64,000 bases of DNA from Acidobacteriota bacterium (GCA_963666055.2 CAXWPH010000015.1:1600001-1664000); one strand, 5' to 3'. Counted from the first letter of the stretch, positions 10,152 through 20,676 are shown. Translations and numbers: made by a program. Notes: generated by a model not told the origin, from the letters alone.

Positions 10152-11003
10152 GTGATCGAGCTGATTCGCGCGTTGGCGGTGCTGGCGGAGCCGCCATCCG
10201 AGGCGACGCCGCAGTTGGCCGAGCTCCTCGACCTGCCGTCTGTCCCCGAGCCGTGGCAGTACACCGATCTGTTCCTCGGACAGATGTACCCCTACGCTTC
10301 GGTGTATCTCGGGCCCGAGGGCATGCTGGGCGGGGAGGCCCGTGATCGCGTCGCCGGGCTTTGGCGCGCCCTGGGCGAGGAGCCTCCGTCTGAGCCGGAC
10401 CATCTGAGCGTCCTGCTCGGCCTGTACGCTCGCTTGATGGAGCTGGAGTCGGCAGCGACAGAGCGTCAGGCGCTGGCCTGGCAGCGCGCTCGCGCGGCAC
10501 TCCTCTGGGAGCATCTCCTGAGCTGGCAGGGAGCCTGGCTCCGCAAGCTGGAGCTGGTCGCTCCGCCCGCCTATGGTGCGTGGGGACGCGTCTTGGCTCG
10601 CACACTCCAGCACGAGGCGTCGGGGCTGACGCTGCCCGACGAGCTCCCGGTTCACCTGGTGCAGGCTCCACTACTTCCCGAGCCGCAGCAAGAAGGCGGC
10701 GAGGCGTTTCTCGAGGGCCTGCTGACGCCGGTGCGGTGCGGCTTCATCCTGACGCGCACCGACCTGGAGAACGCCGCCGCCGAGCTGCAGCTCGGGCTGC
10801 GCGCCGGCGAGCGTCGCTACGCACTGCGCGCCCTGATCGGACAGGATCGCGCCGCCACCCTGGGCTGGCTTGCCGAGTACGCGCGCCAGACGGCCGGGCA
10901 GAGCCCCGACAACCCTACCGCTACCAGCCCGATCGACGCGTTTTGGCGACAGAGAGCGCTCGCGTCGGCGACGCGCCTGGGGCAGGCGGCAACCTCAGCG
11001 TGA
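10152..11003 (+). CDS. TorD/DmsD-family molybdoenzyme maturation chaperone
   Basis: YTDLF, YPYASVYL, EPDHL and EHLLSW motifs; lies directly after the Mo subunit; GTG start inferred. Confidence 0.8.
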   Translation: MIELIRALAVLAEPPSEATPQLAELLDLPSVPEPWQYTDLFLGQMYPYASVYLGPEGMLGGEARDRVAGLWRALGEEPPSEPDHLSVLLGLYARLMELESAATERQALAWQRARAALLWEHLLSWQGAWLRKLELVAPPAYGAWGRVLARTLQHEASGLTLPDELPVHLVQAPLLPEPQQEGGEAFLEGLLTPVRCGFILTRTDLENAAAELQLGLRAGERRYALRALIGQDRAATLGWLAEYARQTAGQSPDNPTATSPIDAFWRQRALASATRLGQAATSA

Positions 11004-11068
11004 TCGCGCTGTGCGCCGCTTCTGCGGGTGCCGGACGGCAGTTCCGGCGGGCTGCTGTAACCCCTCGA

Positions 11069-12718
11069 CTAATCGATCCCGTGGAGCCGCTGCCAGGCCC
11101 CCTCGAATTCGTTGCCAGGTCGCCAGCGTGGCATCTCGTCGCCGTTGGCGACAACGCCTGCGGCACGGAAGACGATGCGCAGATCGCGCTCCAGGCCGGC
11201 CAGGTTCCACTCGTCGCGTACCTCGTCGGACACCTGGTGGTAGTGCGCCTCCTCGTAGGCAAGCGGATCGAACGGTAGCGGCTCGATGTAGTCGGACCCG
11301 GGATTGAGGAACAGCGCCGGAATGCCCGCCTTGGCGAAGTTGACCTGGTCGGATCGGTAAAAGCTGCCGGCAGACGGGTTCGGATCGCCGCGCACCACCA
11401 CCGTCTGCCCGTCGCCTACCGAAAACTCCGCCGCCGCGGCGCGTAGTGCATCACCTAGCTCGCTGGCGTCCTCGCCGATGACCGCGATGTCGGCGGTTAC
11501 ACCGAAGATCTGCGGCATGTCGATGTTGAAGTTGGCCACCATCGAGCTGCGTGGCACGGGTGGCTGGGCGACGAACCAGGCGCTGCCGAGCAGCCCGCTC
11601 TCCTCGGCCGCGCAGGCGAGGAATAGCAGCGACCTGCGTGGCGCTTCGTCCATGTTGGCGAACGCGTCGGCCAGCGCGACGATCGAGGCTACGCCCAGGG
11701 CGTTGTCCCAGGCGCCGTTGAACACCTTGTCGCCATCGAGCTCCGGGTTGGTACCCAGGTGATCGTAGTGGGCGGTGAACACGACGATTTGGTCGCGCAA
11801 GTCGGGATCGCTGCCGGGCAAGAAGCCGAAGACGTTCTCGGTGCTCAGGCGGCGCACGGTGGTGTCGAGATGGGCGCTCACCCGATAGCCCGTATCGACG
11901 GGTTCGAAGTCGCGCTGTTGCGCCAACTCGAAGAGCCCGGCCAGGTCGGTGTCGATCGCCTGAGCGATCTCGTCCGAGAGTTGCTCGTCGAGCCAGCCCA
12001 ATAAATCGACCTGATAGCCGGCGCCCGACAAATCGAGCGCGAAGTTTTCGCTCGACCCCGAGTACTGAACGACGCTGAACGGGTATGAAGCCGACGGCGT
12101 GGTATGCACCATCAGTGCGCCGGCGGCGCCAAGGCGCATGGCCTGTTCGAACTTGTACGACCAGCGGCCGTAGTAGGTGCGGGCCTCGCCGCCGAAAAGC
12201 TTCTCGCCGTTCTCAACTACCGGCGGGTCATTGTTGAGAAAGAGCAGCACTTTGCCGCTTACGTCGACACCCTTGAAATCGTCCCACCCGTATTCGGGCG
12301 CCTGTACTCCGTACCCTACGAACAGCAGTGGCGCCTCGTCGATGTCGACCGTGTCGCGTTGTGCCGACGACCAGAACGCGACGTTGCCGGTGTCGACAAG
12401 CTCCAGCTCGTTGCTCGCTGATGCGATGCGCAGTGAGGCCGTAGCGTCATCGCGCCGCATGCCAACCAGCCGTACTTCCTGGCGAAAAAGGCCTTCGATG
12501 GGCGACAACCCGACGTCCCGGAAACGCTGCTCGATCCAGCTCGTGGCCCGCGCTTCGCCCGGGGTTCCGGTGCCGCGCCCCTGCATGTCATCGGCCGAAA
12601 GTGCCCGGACGTCGTCGAGTACCACCGCAGCGCTGATTCGTTGATCGGGTGTTGTTGCAACGGTCGGAGTGCAGGCGATGGTGATTGCTAGAAACGAGAC
12701 GCCGATGGTTGCTCGCAT
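11069..12718 (-). CDS. M28-family metallopeptidase with PA domain, lipoprotein
   Basis: FTAHYDHLG, NGAWDNALG, AAEESGLLGS, NIDM, RSDQ, YHQVSD; signal ending TIAC. The upstream part of the listed ORF is spurious. Confidence 0.9.
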   Translation of the reverse strand: MRATIGVSFLAITIACTPTVATTPDQRISAAVVLDDVRALSADDMQGRGTGTPGEARATSWIEQRFRDVGLSPIEGLFRQEVRLVGMRRDDATASLRIASASNELELVDTGNVAFWSSAQRDTVDIDEAPLLFVGYGVQAPEYGWDDFKGVDVSGKVLLFLNNDPPVVENGEKLFGGEARTYYGRWSYKFEQAMRLGAAGALMVHTTPSASYPFSVVQYSGSSENFALDLSGAGYQVDLLGWLDEQLSDEIAQAIDTDLAGLFELAQQRDFEPVDTGYRVSAHLDTTVRRLSTENVFGFLPGSDPDLRDQIVVFTAHYDHLGTNPELDGDKVFNGAWDNALGVASIVALADAFANMDEAPRRSLLFLACAAEESGLLGSAWFVAQPPVPRSSMVANFNIDMPQIFGVTADIAVIGEDASELGDALRAAAAEFSVGDGQTVVVRGDPNPSAGSFYRSDQVNFAKAGIPALFLNPGSDYIEPLPFDPLAYEEAHYHQVSDEVRDEWNLAGLERDLRIVFRAAGVVANGDEMPRWRPGNEFEGAWQRLHGID

Positions 12719-12987
12719 GGCACCTGGGATGGGGGTGTCCGGGAAGTGAACGAAGCAGCCACTATACCCGTGTCGACGGTTGCCGTTGCAGTGAGCCGCG
12801 TCGCTGCCGGTTCCCCAGTTCGTCTGATTGGTTCCCTTGTCAGAGACGTCGGAGTGCGTATAGCGTCGGCTGCACCGCGCCACTTCGAGATCGATCTCAG
12901 CTGAGTTTGCGCCGTGCCGCTTGCCTGCGACTCGGGTCACCGCTTGGCAGGGCCATGCAACTCGGAACCTGGCCCGAGTCCCGGGTG

Positions 12988-15900
12988 CTAGGCGTCGGTT
13001 TCCAGCCGCTCGCGACACAGTTGGATATGCACGCGCTGCTCTGCTGTGCTCGGTATTCCACTTGCTCCTTCCCGCCAGGCGGCGCGTGCCGCCGCGTCTC
13101 GCCCCAGAGTCTGCAATGCCACACCGCGCCAATAGCGGCCACGTGCCTCGATCGGACGATGCGGCCGGCCGACGTTGAGATTGCGTGGGTAGGTGAGCGC
13201 CGCATCGAAATCCGCCAGGGCCGTTTCCGGGCTGCTGGCCTCGAGGCGTTGAATACCGCGCTCGATGTGCGCTTGATAGAAGATCTCGCGCGAGCCTGCA
13301 TCGCCTTCTCGCTGGGTGAATCGAGTGCCGGACAGCAGCGCGATGGCATCGTCGAAGCGCTCGACGTCGATGTACGCGCGAGCGAGCGTGAGAGTAACGT
13401 CCGCTCGGCGATTCGCTGCAGGCACGGATTCGAGGGCCGCCGCCGCCGCCGCCGGCTCGCCCTGTTCGATGCGCACGCGAGCCAGGTCGCGATACAACGT
13501 CTGGTCCTGCGGGCGGATCGAAACGGCCTCGGCGAGCAAGGCGGCGGCGCCCGCCAGGTCGCCATCGATGCGCCAGCGATAAAACGCCAGGCTGCGGCGC
13601 GCCGTGCTCAGATCGGGCGCCGACTCGACGACCGCGCGCCATTCACGCGCCGCGTCGTCGAGCCGTCCGAGGCCGGCGAGCAGATTGCCCAGGTACAGCC
13701 GCGCTCGTGCGTCGCCCGGGGCTCGGGCCAGCGCGTTGCCGAAGACCGAGAGCGCTTCGGTCCGCGACGGGAAGACGTATTCGGCACGGGCGGCGGCGGC
13801 ATCGCGCAGCCAACGTGCCGCTTGCGCATCATCGCCGACTTGGTCGAGGTAGTAGGACAGATAGTAAAGCGGCAGGGGCCGCCGCTCCGCAGGCGCGATC
13901 GTCGCCACCAGCGTCGCTTCCACGATGTTGGCTGCATCACGGTATAGACCGAGGTCCGCTAGGGCGACGCTGAGCTCGAGGAAAGCGAACTCCGGCTCGC
14001 CGACCCACTCCCGCGCCCGGTGCGCGAAGTCACGCAGGTGCTGATCGGAGCCCAGTGCCTGAATCACATGCGGGACGAGCCGTGTGCTGCCGGCGTCGAT
14101 GTTCCGTTGCGCCAGCGTCAGGGCACTCCGAAAGTCACCCGAGGCGTAGGTCGTTAGCAGGATCTGCTCGAAGAGTCGAGTCCAGTCCGCGCCGCCGGCG
14201 GATAACCCGGCGGTGAACGCTTGTGTCGCTCCGGCGTAGTCGCCCAGCCGGGCCCGTGCGCGGCCTGCGAGGCTGTATCCCAAAGCCGTCGTTCCCGTAC
14301 GCCGGACAGCCGTGTAGCCAGCAGCGAGGGCCTCGTCGATGTCGCCTTGACGGAGCCGCGCAACGCCCAGCTGGTACCAGGTCAGGCCATCGTCGGGGTC
14401 ACGCTCAATCGCCCTCGTCAACAGATCGACAGCGGTCTCGAAACGCCCCGCCTCGATCTCGAGGTCGCCAAGGGCCCGCAAGGTGAGCGAATGCCCCGCG
14501 TCCAGTCGCAGGGCATCGGCGTAGCGGGCACGAGCGCCCGGCCGATCGCCTCGCTTGTCGAGCTCGCGCCCAGCGCGATACGCGGCTTCCGCGGTAGGCT
14601 CCGGCTTGTCGCGCTCGGCAGGAATCTCGCGCCGCGGCACCCGCAGCGGCGACGAGTATTCCAGCAGAGTCTCCCCGTCGGCGTTGTCGATCTGGATTTG
14701 CAGACGGACCTCGCCCAGGCTGGCGCTGGCAAGGCCAGTTTGGACGACGAACGACTCCGTCCGGGCTGGCGACAGATCGAGCTGGCGACGCTCGAGGCGT
14801 CTGCCGCGCAGCTCTACTACGATCTGCGCACCCGGGATCGAGCGCGTAGAAGCGATACGCAGCTCGACACCCTCGGGATGGTCAAGGCGCTCGATAGCCA
14901 GATCACGCGTGGCGAACTCGAATCCCTGACCCAGACCATTGACCGGATACCAGGTCTCGCGCCATGACACTTCTTGCCCGGGCGCCAGCTGCCCAAAGTC
15001 AGCCTGGGTGGGCAAGGGTCCGCTCTGCACTTCGATATATGGTCCGTCCTCATCGGTAAGCACCGACTGCGCCACCAGGCCAGCGTCGGCCTGTCCCCAG
15101 GTCCATGCTTTCTTGCCCGGTAGCTCGTGGTGGTTGGCTACCTGGACGATGCCGAAGTCGCGGTCGACGTCGTAGGCTCCGAAGAAGTCGAACGCGACCT
15201 CATAGCCGAACACCGAGGTGGGCTCCGGATAGTTCCGCAGCCAGCTGAGGTCGCGCCCCTCGTGCATCGGCCAGCTGAAGAACTCGGTGCCCGAGTGGTC
15301 GGTGCCGAGGCTCATCGGATACACGAAGCGCGTGCCTGGGGTGTTCGGAAACGCCGTGTTGTTCCAGAAGTAATAGGGATGGAAATTATCGGTGGGATTA
15401 AACAGCCGGATCTGCTCGTCGAGGGCGCGAGTCTCGGGATGCAGAGTCAGCCGCACCTCCCATCCGGTACGGAAGTTCTGCTCGGTACTGCCGATCAGCA
15501 ACGCCGCGGACCCATCCGGATACTGCACGGGTACCACGTCGACGGGCGAGAAGCTGGTGACGGTGTGACCTTGCGGGCCACGGTTCCACTCGATACCGCC
15601 CGAGACCCAAGCGCCGCGAAGCGCGATATGGCCTGGCCGAATCACGTGGTTGCGGTAGAACATCTCCTCGCCGGTGACTTTGTCGAGGACCGACTGGATG
15701 CGGCCGCCGATTTCCGGCAGGCACATGACCCGCAGGTATTCGTTTTCGATGAACACGGCGCGATAGGTGCGATTCACGCGATCGGTGCCGAATCGATCCT
15801 GGGCCGTGTAGGGATAGATGATCGTCCTCTCGAGCTCGTAGAAGTGGGGGTTCACGTCGTCGGGGCCGAGTGGGTATGTGGGAATCTCGACCTCTGCGGT

Positions 15901-16035
15901 CCACGTTCGAACAGCGGCCGGCCGGCCAGCGGCACGCCCCTGAACGGCCTGTTGCTGACTCATTGCCGGTGCCGCGCTCGACGCGATTGCCAGCAAAGCG
16001 AACCCGGCGGTCAACTTGCGAGCCGGCCTGATCAT
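12988..16035 (-). CDS. DUF5107 domain + tetratricopeptide repeat protein, secreted
   Basis: IENEYLRVMCLPEIGGRI, SGGIEWN, PGKKAWTWG and YIEVQSG motifs followed by many TPR helices; signal peptide; ATGA overlap with the upstream gene. Confidence 0.8.
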   Translation of the reverse strand: MIRPARKLTAGFALLAIASSAAPAMSQQQAVQGRAAGRPAAVRTWTAEVEIPTYPLGPDDVNPHFYELERTIIYPYTAQDRFGTDRVNRTYRAVFIENEYLRVMCLPEIGGRIQSVLDKVTGEEMFYRNHVIRPGHIALRGAWVSGGIEWNRGPQGHTVTSFSPVDVVPVQYPDGSAALLIGSTEQNFRTGWEVRLTLHPETRALDEQIRLFNPTDNFHPYYFWNNTAFPNTPGTRFVYPMSLGTDHSGTEFFSWPMHEGRDLSWLRNYPEPTSVFGYEVAFDFFGAYDVDRDFGIVQVANHHELPGKKAWTWGQADAGLVAQSVLTDEDGPYIEVQSGPLPTQADFGQLAPGQEVSWRETWYPVNGLGQGFEFATRDLAIERLDHPEGVELRIASTRSIPGAQIVVELRGRRLERRQLDLSPARTESFVVQTGLASASLGEVRLQIQIDNADGETLLEYSSPLRVPRREIPAERDKPEPTAEAAYRAGRELDKRGDRPGARARYADALRLDAGHSLTLRALGDLEIEAGRFETAVDLLTRAIERDPDDGLTWYQLGVARLRQGDIDEALAAGYTAVRRTGTTALGYSLAGRARARLGDYAGATQAFTAGLSAGGADWTRLFEQILLTTYASGDFRSALTLAQRNIDAGSTRLVPHVIQALGSDQHLRDFAHRAREWVGEPEFAFLELSVALADLGLYRDAANIVEATLVATIAPAERRPLPLYYLSYYLDQVGDDAQAARWLRDAAAARAEYVFPSRTEALSVFGNALARAPGDARARLYLGNLLAGLGRLDDAAREWRAVVESAPDLSTARRSLAFYRWRIDGDLAGAAALLAEAVSIRPQDQTLYRDLARVRIEQGEPAAAAAALESVPAANRRADVTLTLARAYIDVERFDDAIALLSGTRFTQREGDAGSREIFYQAHIERGIQRLEASSPETALADFDAALTYPRNLNVGRPHRPIEARGRYWRGVALQTLGRDAAARAAWREGASGIPSTAEQRVHIQLCRERLETDA

Positions 16036-16772
16036 TTGAACACCATTGAGCGAAACACCTCCGGAACGTGAAAGCTCTCGGCGGGGACGGGTGACCACGC
16101 CGCCAGCAGCAGATCGCGGTGTGGGTCGCCGGGCCCGTGAGGTCGCTTGATCCGGAAGACGTTGAACCGCCAGCTGTCACCGGCGAGCGGCGGCAGCCGC
16201 ATGTCGGTGTCGGGAAGGGCCGCGAAGCCCGCCCACGGGAGCAGCGCGATCGCCGTCCAGCCGCTCCTGTCGCTGTCCCATGGTTGCACCGCGGTTCGCA
16301 GGCCTCGGAAGTCCCAATCCAGATCGCTCTGCTTGTCGGGATCGCCCCGCAACATGAGCAAGTCGCAGACGACGTTGGCCGGGCTGATCTCCACCTCGGC
16401 GTAGTTGCGACCGTCCCCGTCCGGGTCGATGAAGATCTCCACCACCTCCTCCTCCCACAGAGGGTCGTCGCGCCGTGTGTAGGTGTGCCACGGGGATGGG
16501 TCGTCGGCATCGAACCGTATCCAGAGCCCGTCGGCACTCCATAGGGCACGGAAGCTCGTGCTGTGGCGTGGCTCGCCCCAGACGATGGTCGCCGCCGGTG
16601 ACCAGGCAGCTTCGACACCGTCGAGAAGTTGCTGTGGCGTACTCGCAGCTGCTACGACGTGCAGCCCGGTAGGATGTTGGTTCAGCGCACTGGTCAGACC
16701 GAGTGCACCGGAAAGCCTCAGACCTCCGGTGGCTAGCAGAACGAGCTGGCTGGCAGGGAGGGTCATGGGCAT
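16032..16772 (-). CDS. Carbohydrate-binding family 9-like protein
   Basis: LWEEEVVEIFIDPDGDG..YAEVEISPAN, WRFNVFR, WSP..FHVPE; start approximate. Confidence 0.75.
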   Translation of the reverse strand: MPMTLPASQLVLLATGGLRLSGALGLTSALNQHPTGLHVVAAASTPQQLLDGVEAAWSPAATIVWGEPRHSTSFRALWSADGLWIRFDADDPSPWHTYTRRDDPLWEEEVVEIFIDPDGDGRNYAEVEISPANVVCDLLMLRGDPDKQSDLDWDFRGLRTAVQPWDSDRSGWTAIALLPWAGFAALPDTDMRLPPLAGDSWRFNVFRIKRPHGPGDPHRDLLLAAWSPVPAESFHVPEVFRSMVFK

Positions 16773-16889
16773 GCGGGCAGTCCGTCGCCGCCGTTGGGCA
16801 ACGGTAGGATAACGTGCTCCTGCCGCTCGATGGGGTGCTCGTGCGCCTCGAATGAAGATGCCGGTCGCGGCAAGACCGTGAGGTTCGAC

Positions 16890-18428
16890 ATGCGCTGGCG
16901 TTGCTCGATGTCCTGGGCGTTGTTGCTCACCTGTATGACGCTCTCCGCTGCCGCACAGACGAGCGGAAAGTTGGGGCCGGCGGTACAGGCCGCTCGTGCT
17001 TATCGAGCCGCGCACGAGATCGAGATCCTGACCGCCTACAGCGAGTTGTTGAAGCTCCCCAACTTCGGACGGGATCTCGAAGATAGCATCAGCGTGGCCA
17101 CGCATATCGCGGCCCAGCTCGAACGGCGGGGCGTGGCTGTGGAGTTGCTCACGCTGCCCGACGTGCCACCGCTCGTGTACGGCGAGATCCGTGTGCCTGG
17201 CGCCACCCGAACGCTCGGAATCTACGTTCACTACGACGGCCAGCCACCCGCCGGCCTGGACTGGGTACACGGCCCCTACGAGCCTGTTCTGTATACCGAC
17301 CGCATGGACCGGGGCGGAAAGCCGCGCCCCATGCCGGCCGCCGGCGAGCCGGTCGATCCGAGCTGGCGCATCTACGCGCGCTCCGCCTCCGACGACAAGG
17401 CGCCGATTTCGGCATTGCTCACCGCGCTGGACGCGTTGCATGCCGCCGACATGCCGTTGACCTCGAACGTCAAGTTCCTGTTCGAGGGTGAGGAGGAGAT
17501 CGGATCAGCGCACCTGCAGGAGTATCTCGAGACCTACCGTGATCGCTTCGACGTCGACCTGTGGCTATTTTGCGACGGTCCGGTACATCAGAGCGGCTTG
17601 CCGCAGATCGTCTTCGGTGTACGCGGCGTTACCGGGCTCGATCTGACCGTCTTCGGGCCGGCACGCCCGCTCCATAGCGGCCACTACGGCAACTGGGCGC
17701 CGGTGCCAGGTCAGATGCTGGCCGAGTTGATTGCCAGCATGAAGGACACCGACGGAAACGTCACCATCGACGGGTTCTACGACACCGTCGAGCCCCTGGG
17801 ACGCCAGGAGCGCGAGGCGCTCGATCGCCTCCCTGACATCGACGCCGAGCTGCGGCGCGATCTCGGGCTGGGGTGGACCGAAGGCGACGGCAGCCTGAGC
17901 GAGCGCCTGCTGCTTCCGTCGCTCACCGTGCGCGGCCTGCGTAGCGGTGACGTCGGCATGCAGGCGCGCAACGTGATCCCCGACCGGGCGGAAGCGGCGC
18001 TCGGCGTGCGGCTGGTGAAGGGAAACGACCCGGGCGCCATGCTTGATCGGGTCGAGGCGCACATCCGTGACCAGGGGTTCCACATCGTCCGCGAGGAGCC
18101 CGATCTCGCAACCAGGTCGCGGCATCGGCGGCTGGTCATGGTCGCCCGCCGGGGCGGGTATCCCGCGTCGCGCACCGACATGGGCTTAGCGGTGGTCGAG
18201 GAGATCATCGATGCGGTTCGCGCCGCCACCGAGCAGGAGGTGCTGCTGGTGCCGGCGCTCGGTGGCTCCCTGCCGCTCTATCTGTTCACTGACTTGCTGG
18301 CGGCGCCGGCAGTGATTCTTCCGATCGCCAACGCCGACAACAACCAGCACGCCTCCAACGAGAACATCCGCATCGGCAACCTCTGGTACGGCGTTGATTT
18401 GTACGCCTCCTTGCTGACCATGCGATGA
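16890..18428 (+). CDS. M20/M25/M40-family metallohydrolase (peptidase), secreted
   Basis: YVHYDGQP, ARSASDDKAP, EGEEEIGS, LHSGHYG, NQHASNEN. Confidence 0.9.
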   Translation: MRWRCSMSWALLLTCMTLSAAAQTSGKLGPAVQAARAYRAAHEIEILTAYSELLKLPNFGRDLEDSISVATHIAAQLERRGVAVELLTLPDVPPLVYGEIRVPGATRTLGIYVHYDGQPPAGLDWVHGPYEPVLYTDRMDRGGKPRPMPAAGEPVDPSWRIYARSASDDKAPISALLTALDALHAADMPLTSNVKFLFEGEEEIGSAHLQEYLETYRDRFDVDLWLFCDGPVHQSGLPQIVFGVRGVTGLDLTVFGPARPLHSGHYGNWAPVPGQMLAELIASMKDTDGNVTIDGFYDTVEPLGRQEREALDRLPDIDAELRRDLGLGWTEGDGSLSERLLLPSLTVRGLRSGDVGMQARNVIPDRAEAALGVRLVKGNDPGAMLDRVEAHIRDQGFHIVREEPDLATRSRHRRLVMVARRGGYPASRTDMGLAVVEEIIDAVRAATEQEVLLVPALGGSLPLYLFTDLLAAPAVILPIANADNNQHASNENIRIGNLWYGVDLYASLLTMR

Positions 18429-18537
18429 GGCGGTCGGGGGCCAGCATTGCGGGCAACTCCGTCGGAACCGACACGTAGGTGGGATGATCGACGATGTCGA
18501 CATGGATGGAATCGGGTCGCGCAACTCTCCCACTGCA

Positions 18538-19437
18538 TCAACCCCGGCGGATCTGCTCCCACTCTTCCACGGTTCGCGGCCAGTCTTTCTTGAGCAGCTG
18601 CGACAACACCCTGTCGGCGTACACCTGGCCGTCGGTCTGGCAGGTGGCGCAGTAGTTGGTCTCGCGGCTGCTGTAGATGATGCGCTGCACCGGATCGCCG
18701 CAGCGCGGACAAGGCTCACGGTAGCGTCCGTGGACCGCCATCTCGGGACGAAAGGCGGTTACCTTCCGTGGGAACCCATCGCCGGCCTGACTTCGGAGCC
18801 GTTCGGTCCAGTCGGTCAGAACGGTGATCGTGCTGGTGTGTAGGTCCTCCACTTCCCGGTCGGAAAGCCGCGAGGTCCAGCTCAGCGGCGACAGGCGTGC
18901 GTGGTGGAGGATCTCGTCGGAGTAAGCATTTCCGATTCCAGAGAACAGTCGCGGCGAGGTCAGTGCCCGCTTCAGGGTGTGGTTCTCGGACCCCAGCCGG
19001 GTTGCGAAATCGCCGAGGCTGCATTCCAGAATCTCGAGACCCCCGGGATCGTGCTCGGCAAGCGCCTCGCGTCCGCGCACGACGTGCAGCGATGCACGCT
19101 TCTTGGCACTCGCCTCGGTCAGCACCAGCGTGCCGCTGGAGAAATCGAAGGCCGCCAGCCCGACCTTGGCGGGTACGCGGGCGCCGGCGTCGTGCCAGCG
19201 GAAGCGGCCGGCAACCATCAAATGGACCACCGGAAACAGATCGTCCCGTAGCGCGATAACGATTCGCTTGCCGATGCGCTCGACGCCGACCACGACCTTG
19301 CCGTAGGTTTCCATGACCGGAGGGTCGAAGGTGCGCAACAGGAATGGACTGGCGAGGCGCACACCAGCAAGCGTTTCGCCTGTGATCCTGCGCTCCAGGC
19401 ACTCCACATAAACGATCACATCGGGCAACTCGGGCAT
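18538..19437 (-). CDS. Fpg/Nei-family DNA glycosylase/AP lyase
   Basis: N-terminal MPELPDV, RIGKR, HLMVAG, H2TH motif SGIGNAYSDEIL, zinc finger CPRC...CATCQ. Confidence 0.92.
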   Translation of the reverse strand: MPELPDVIVYVECLERRITGETLAGVRLASPFLLRTFDPPVMETYGKVVVGVERIGKRIVIALRDDLFPVVHLMVAGRFRWHDAGARVPAKVGLAAFDFSSGTLVLTEASAKKRASLHVVRGREALAEHDPGGLEILECSLGDFATRLGSENHTLKRALTSPRLFSGIGNAYSDEILHHARLSPLSWTSRLSDREVEDLHTSTITVLTDWTERLRSQAGDGFPRKVTAFRPEMAVHGRYREPCPRCGDPVQRIIYSSRETNYCATCQTDGQVYADRVLSQLLKKDWPRTVEEWEQIRRG

Positions 19438-19521
19438 CGAGGGCAATGTTCGCATGCCGGCGACACAACCGGCTTGGTTGTTACCCGTCAACGCCGTGGA
19501 GAACAGGATGACCGGGCGGTC

Positions 19522-20676
19522 ATGAACGCTCCCTTGATAGCTGTCGTTCTGACCGGCGGCGGCGCGCGCGGCGCCTACCAGGCGGGAGTGCTTGCCGGCA
19601 TCGCCGATCGCGCCCGTTGTGAGGTTTACTTTCCGATCGTCACGGGAGTTTCGGCGGGAGGGATCAACGCCGCGGCGCTCGCGGCTAGCCGTGCCGGGTT
19701 CGATGCCGCCACGCTCGAACTGCGCGAGGCGTGGCTGCAGCTCACCACCGACAACGTATTCCGCTCCAATTTCCGTACCCTGGCCTGGAGCGCCTTGTGC
19801 TGGATGGGCAAGATCGGCAGCGGCGGGACACTGCCCGTCGACCTGCGGGGCCTGCTGGATACGGCGCCCTTGCGCAACTACCTGGCTGCGATAATCGATT
19901 TCGACGGTGTCGCAGACAATATCGCGGCGGGTCGCCTGCAGGCGTTGGCGCTGTCGATGACTGAATATTCCACTGGCCGCACGGTGACCGTCGTGCAGGC
20001 AACCGAGCAGGTGCGCGACTGGAAGCGCGCCAGACGCCTTTCGGAGCGCAGCCAAATCACCGTCGACCACGTCATGGCTTCGGCAGCCTTGCCGGTGGTC
20101 TTTCCGGCCATCCAGATCGGTGACGATTACTACGGTGATGGCAGCATCCGCCAGTCGGCGCCACTTTCGCCGGCTATTCACCTCGGTGCCGACCGCATCC
20201 TGGCGATCTCGGTGCGCTATTCTCCAGCGCCGCACGAGCGCATCCAACCGCAGACCGTCGGTTACCCACCGGCGGCCCAGATCCTCGGGATGATTCTGCA
20301 CGGCGTGTTCATCGATGCGCTGGAGGACGACGCCGAGCGTCTACAGCGCATCAATCGCACCTTGGAAGGGGTGCCACCGGGGACCGAGCTCCGGGATCAC
20401 CTCCGCCCGATCGAGATACTGCTGCTGCGGCCGTCGCGGGATCTGGGGAAACTGTCGGCCGGCCTGGTCAACGAGCTGCCGCGGCCGCTGCGACTGCTGG
20501 CGCGCGGCCTCGGTGCGTCGCGAACCACCACACCAGACTTCCTCAGCTACCTGTTGTTCGAGCGGCCCTATATCGAGCGGCTAATGGAGCTCGGCTTCGA
20601 GGACGCCCGAGCGCAGTGGGACAACATCGAGCCGCTGGTTGCTGGCGATCTCAGCGTCAGAGCTCCTCGACGATGA
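19522..20676 (+). CDS. Patatin-like phospholipase
   Basis: GGGARGAYQAG oxyanion motif, GVSAG nucleophile, DGS catalytic Asp. Confidence 0.9.
   Translation: MNAPLIAVVLTGGGARGAYQAGVLAGIADRARCEVYFPIVTGVSAGGINAAALAASRAGFDAATLELREAWLQLTTDNVFRSNFRTLAWSALCWMGKIGSGGTLPVDLRGLLDTAPLRNYLAAIIDFDGVADNIAAGRLQALALSMTEYSTGRTVTVVQATEQVRDWKRARRLSERSQITVDHVMASAALPVVFPAIQIGDDYYGDGSIRQSAPLSPAIHLGADRILAISVRYSPAPHERIQPQTVGYPPAAQILGMILHGVFIDALEDDAERLQRINRTLEGVPPGTELRDHLRPIEILLLRPSRDLGKLSAGLVNELPRPLRLLARGLGASRTTTPDFLSYLLFERPYIERLMELGFEDARAQWDNIEPLVAGDLSVRAPRR

Noticed and set aside
12719-12987. Structured RNA in the intergenic gaps at 12719-12987, 5370-5637 and 37863-38351
   Set aside because: Only weak pairings and promoter-like hexamers; no recognisable riboswitch, tRNA or element termini by eye. 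An Rfam scan would be needed to exclude one.
11069-20301. Very long N-terminal extensions in the ORF track (11069-13642, 16032-17441, 18538-20301) suggesting fusions
   Set aside because: The extensions overlap other real genes and are Arg/Ala/Pro-rich noise; family motifs begin at internal starts.
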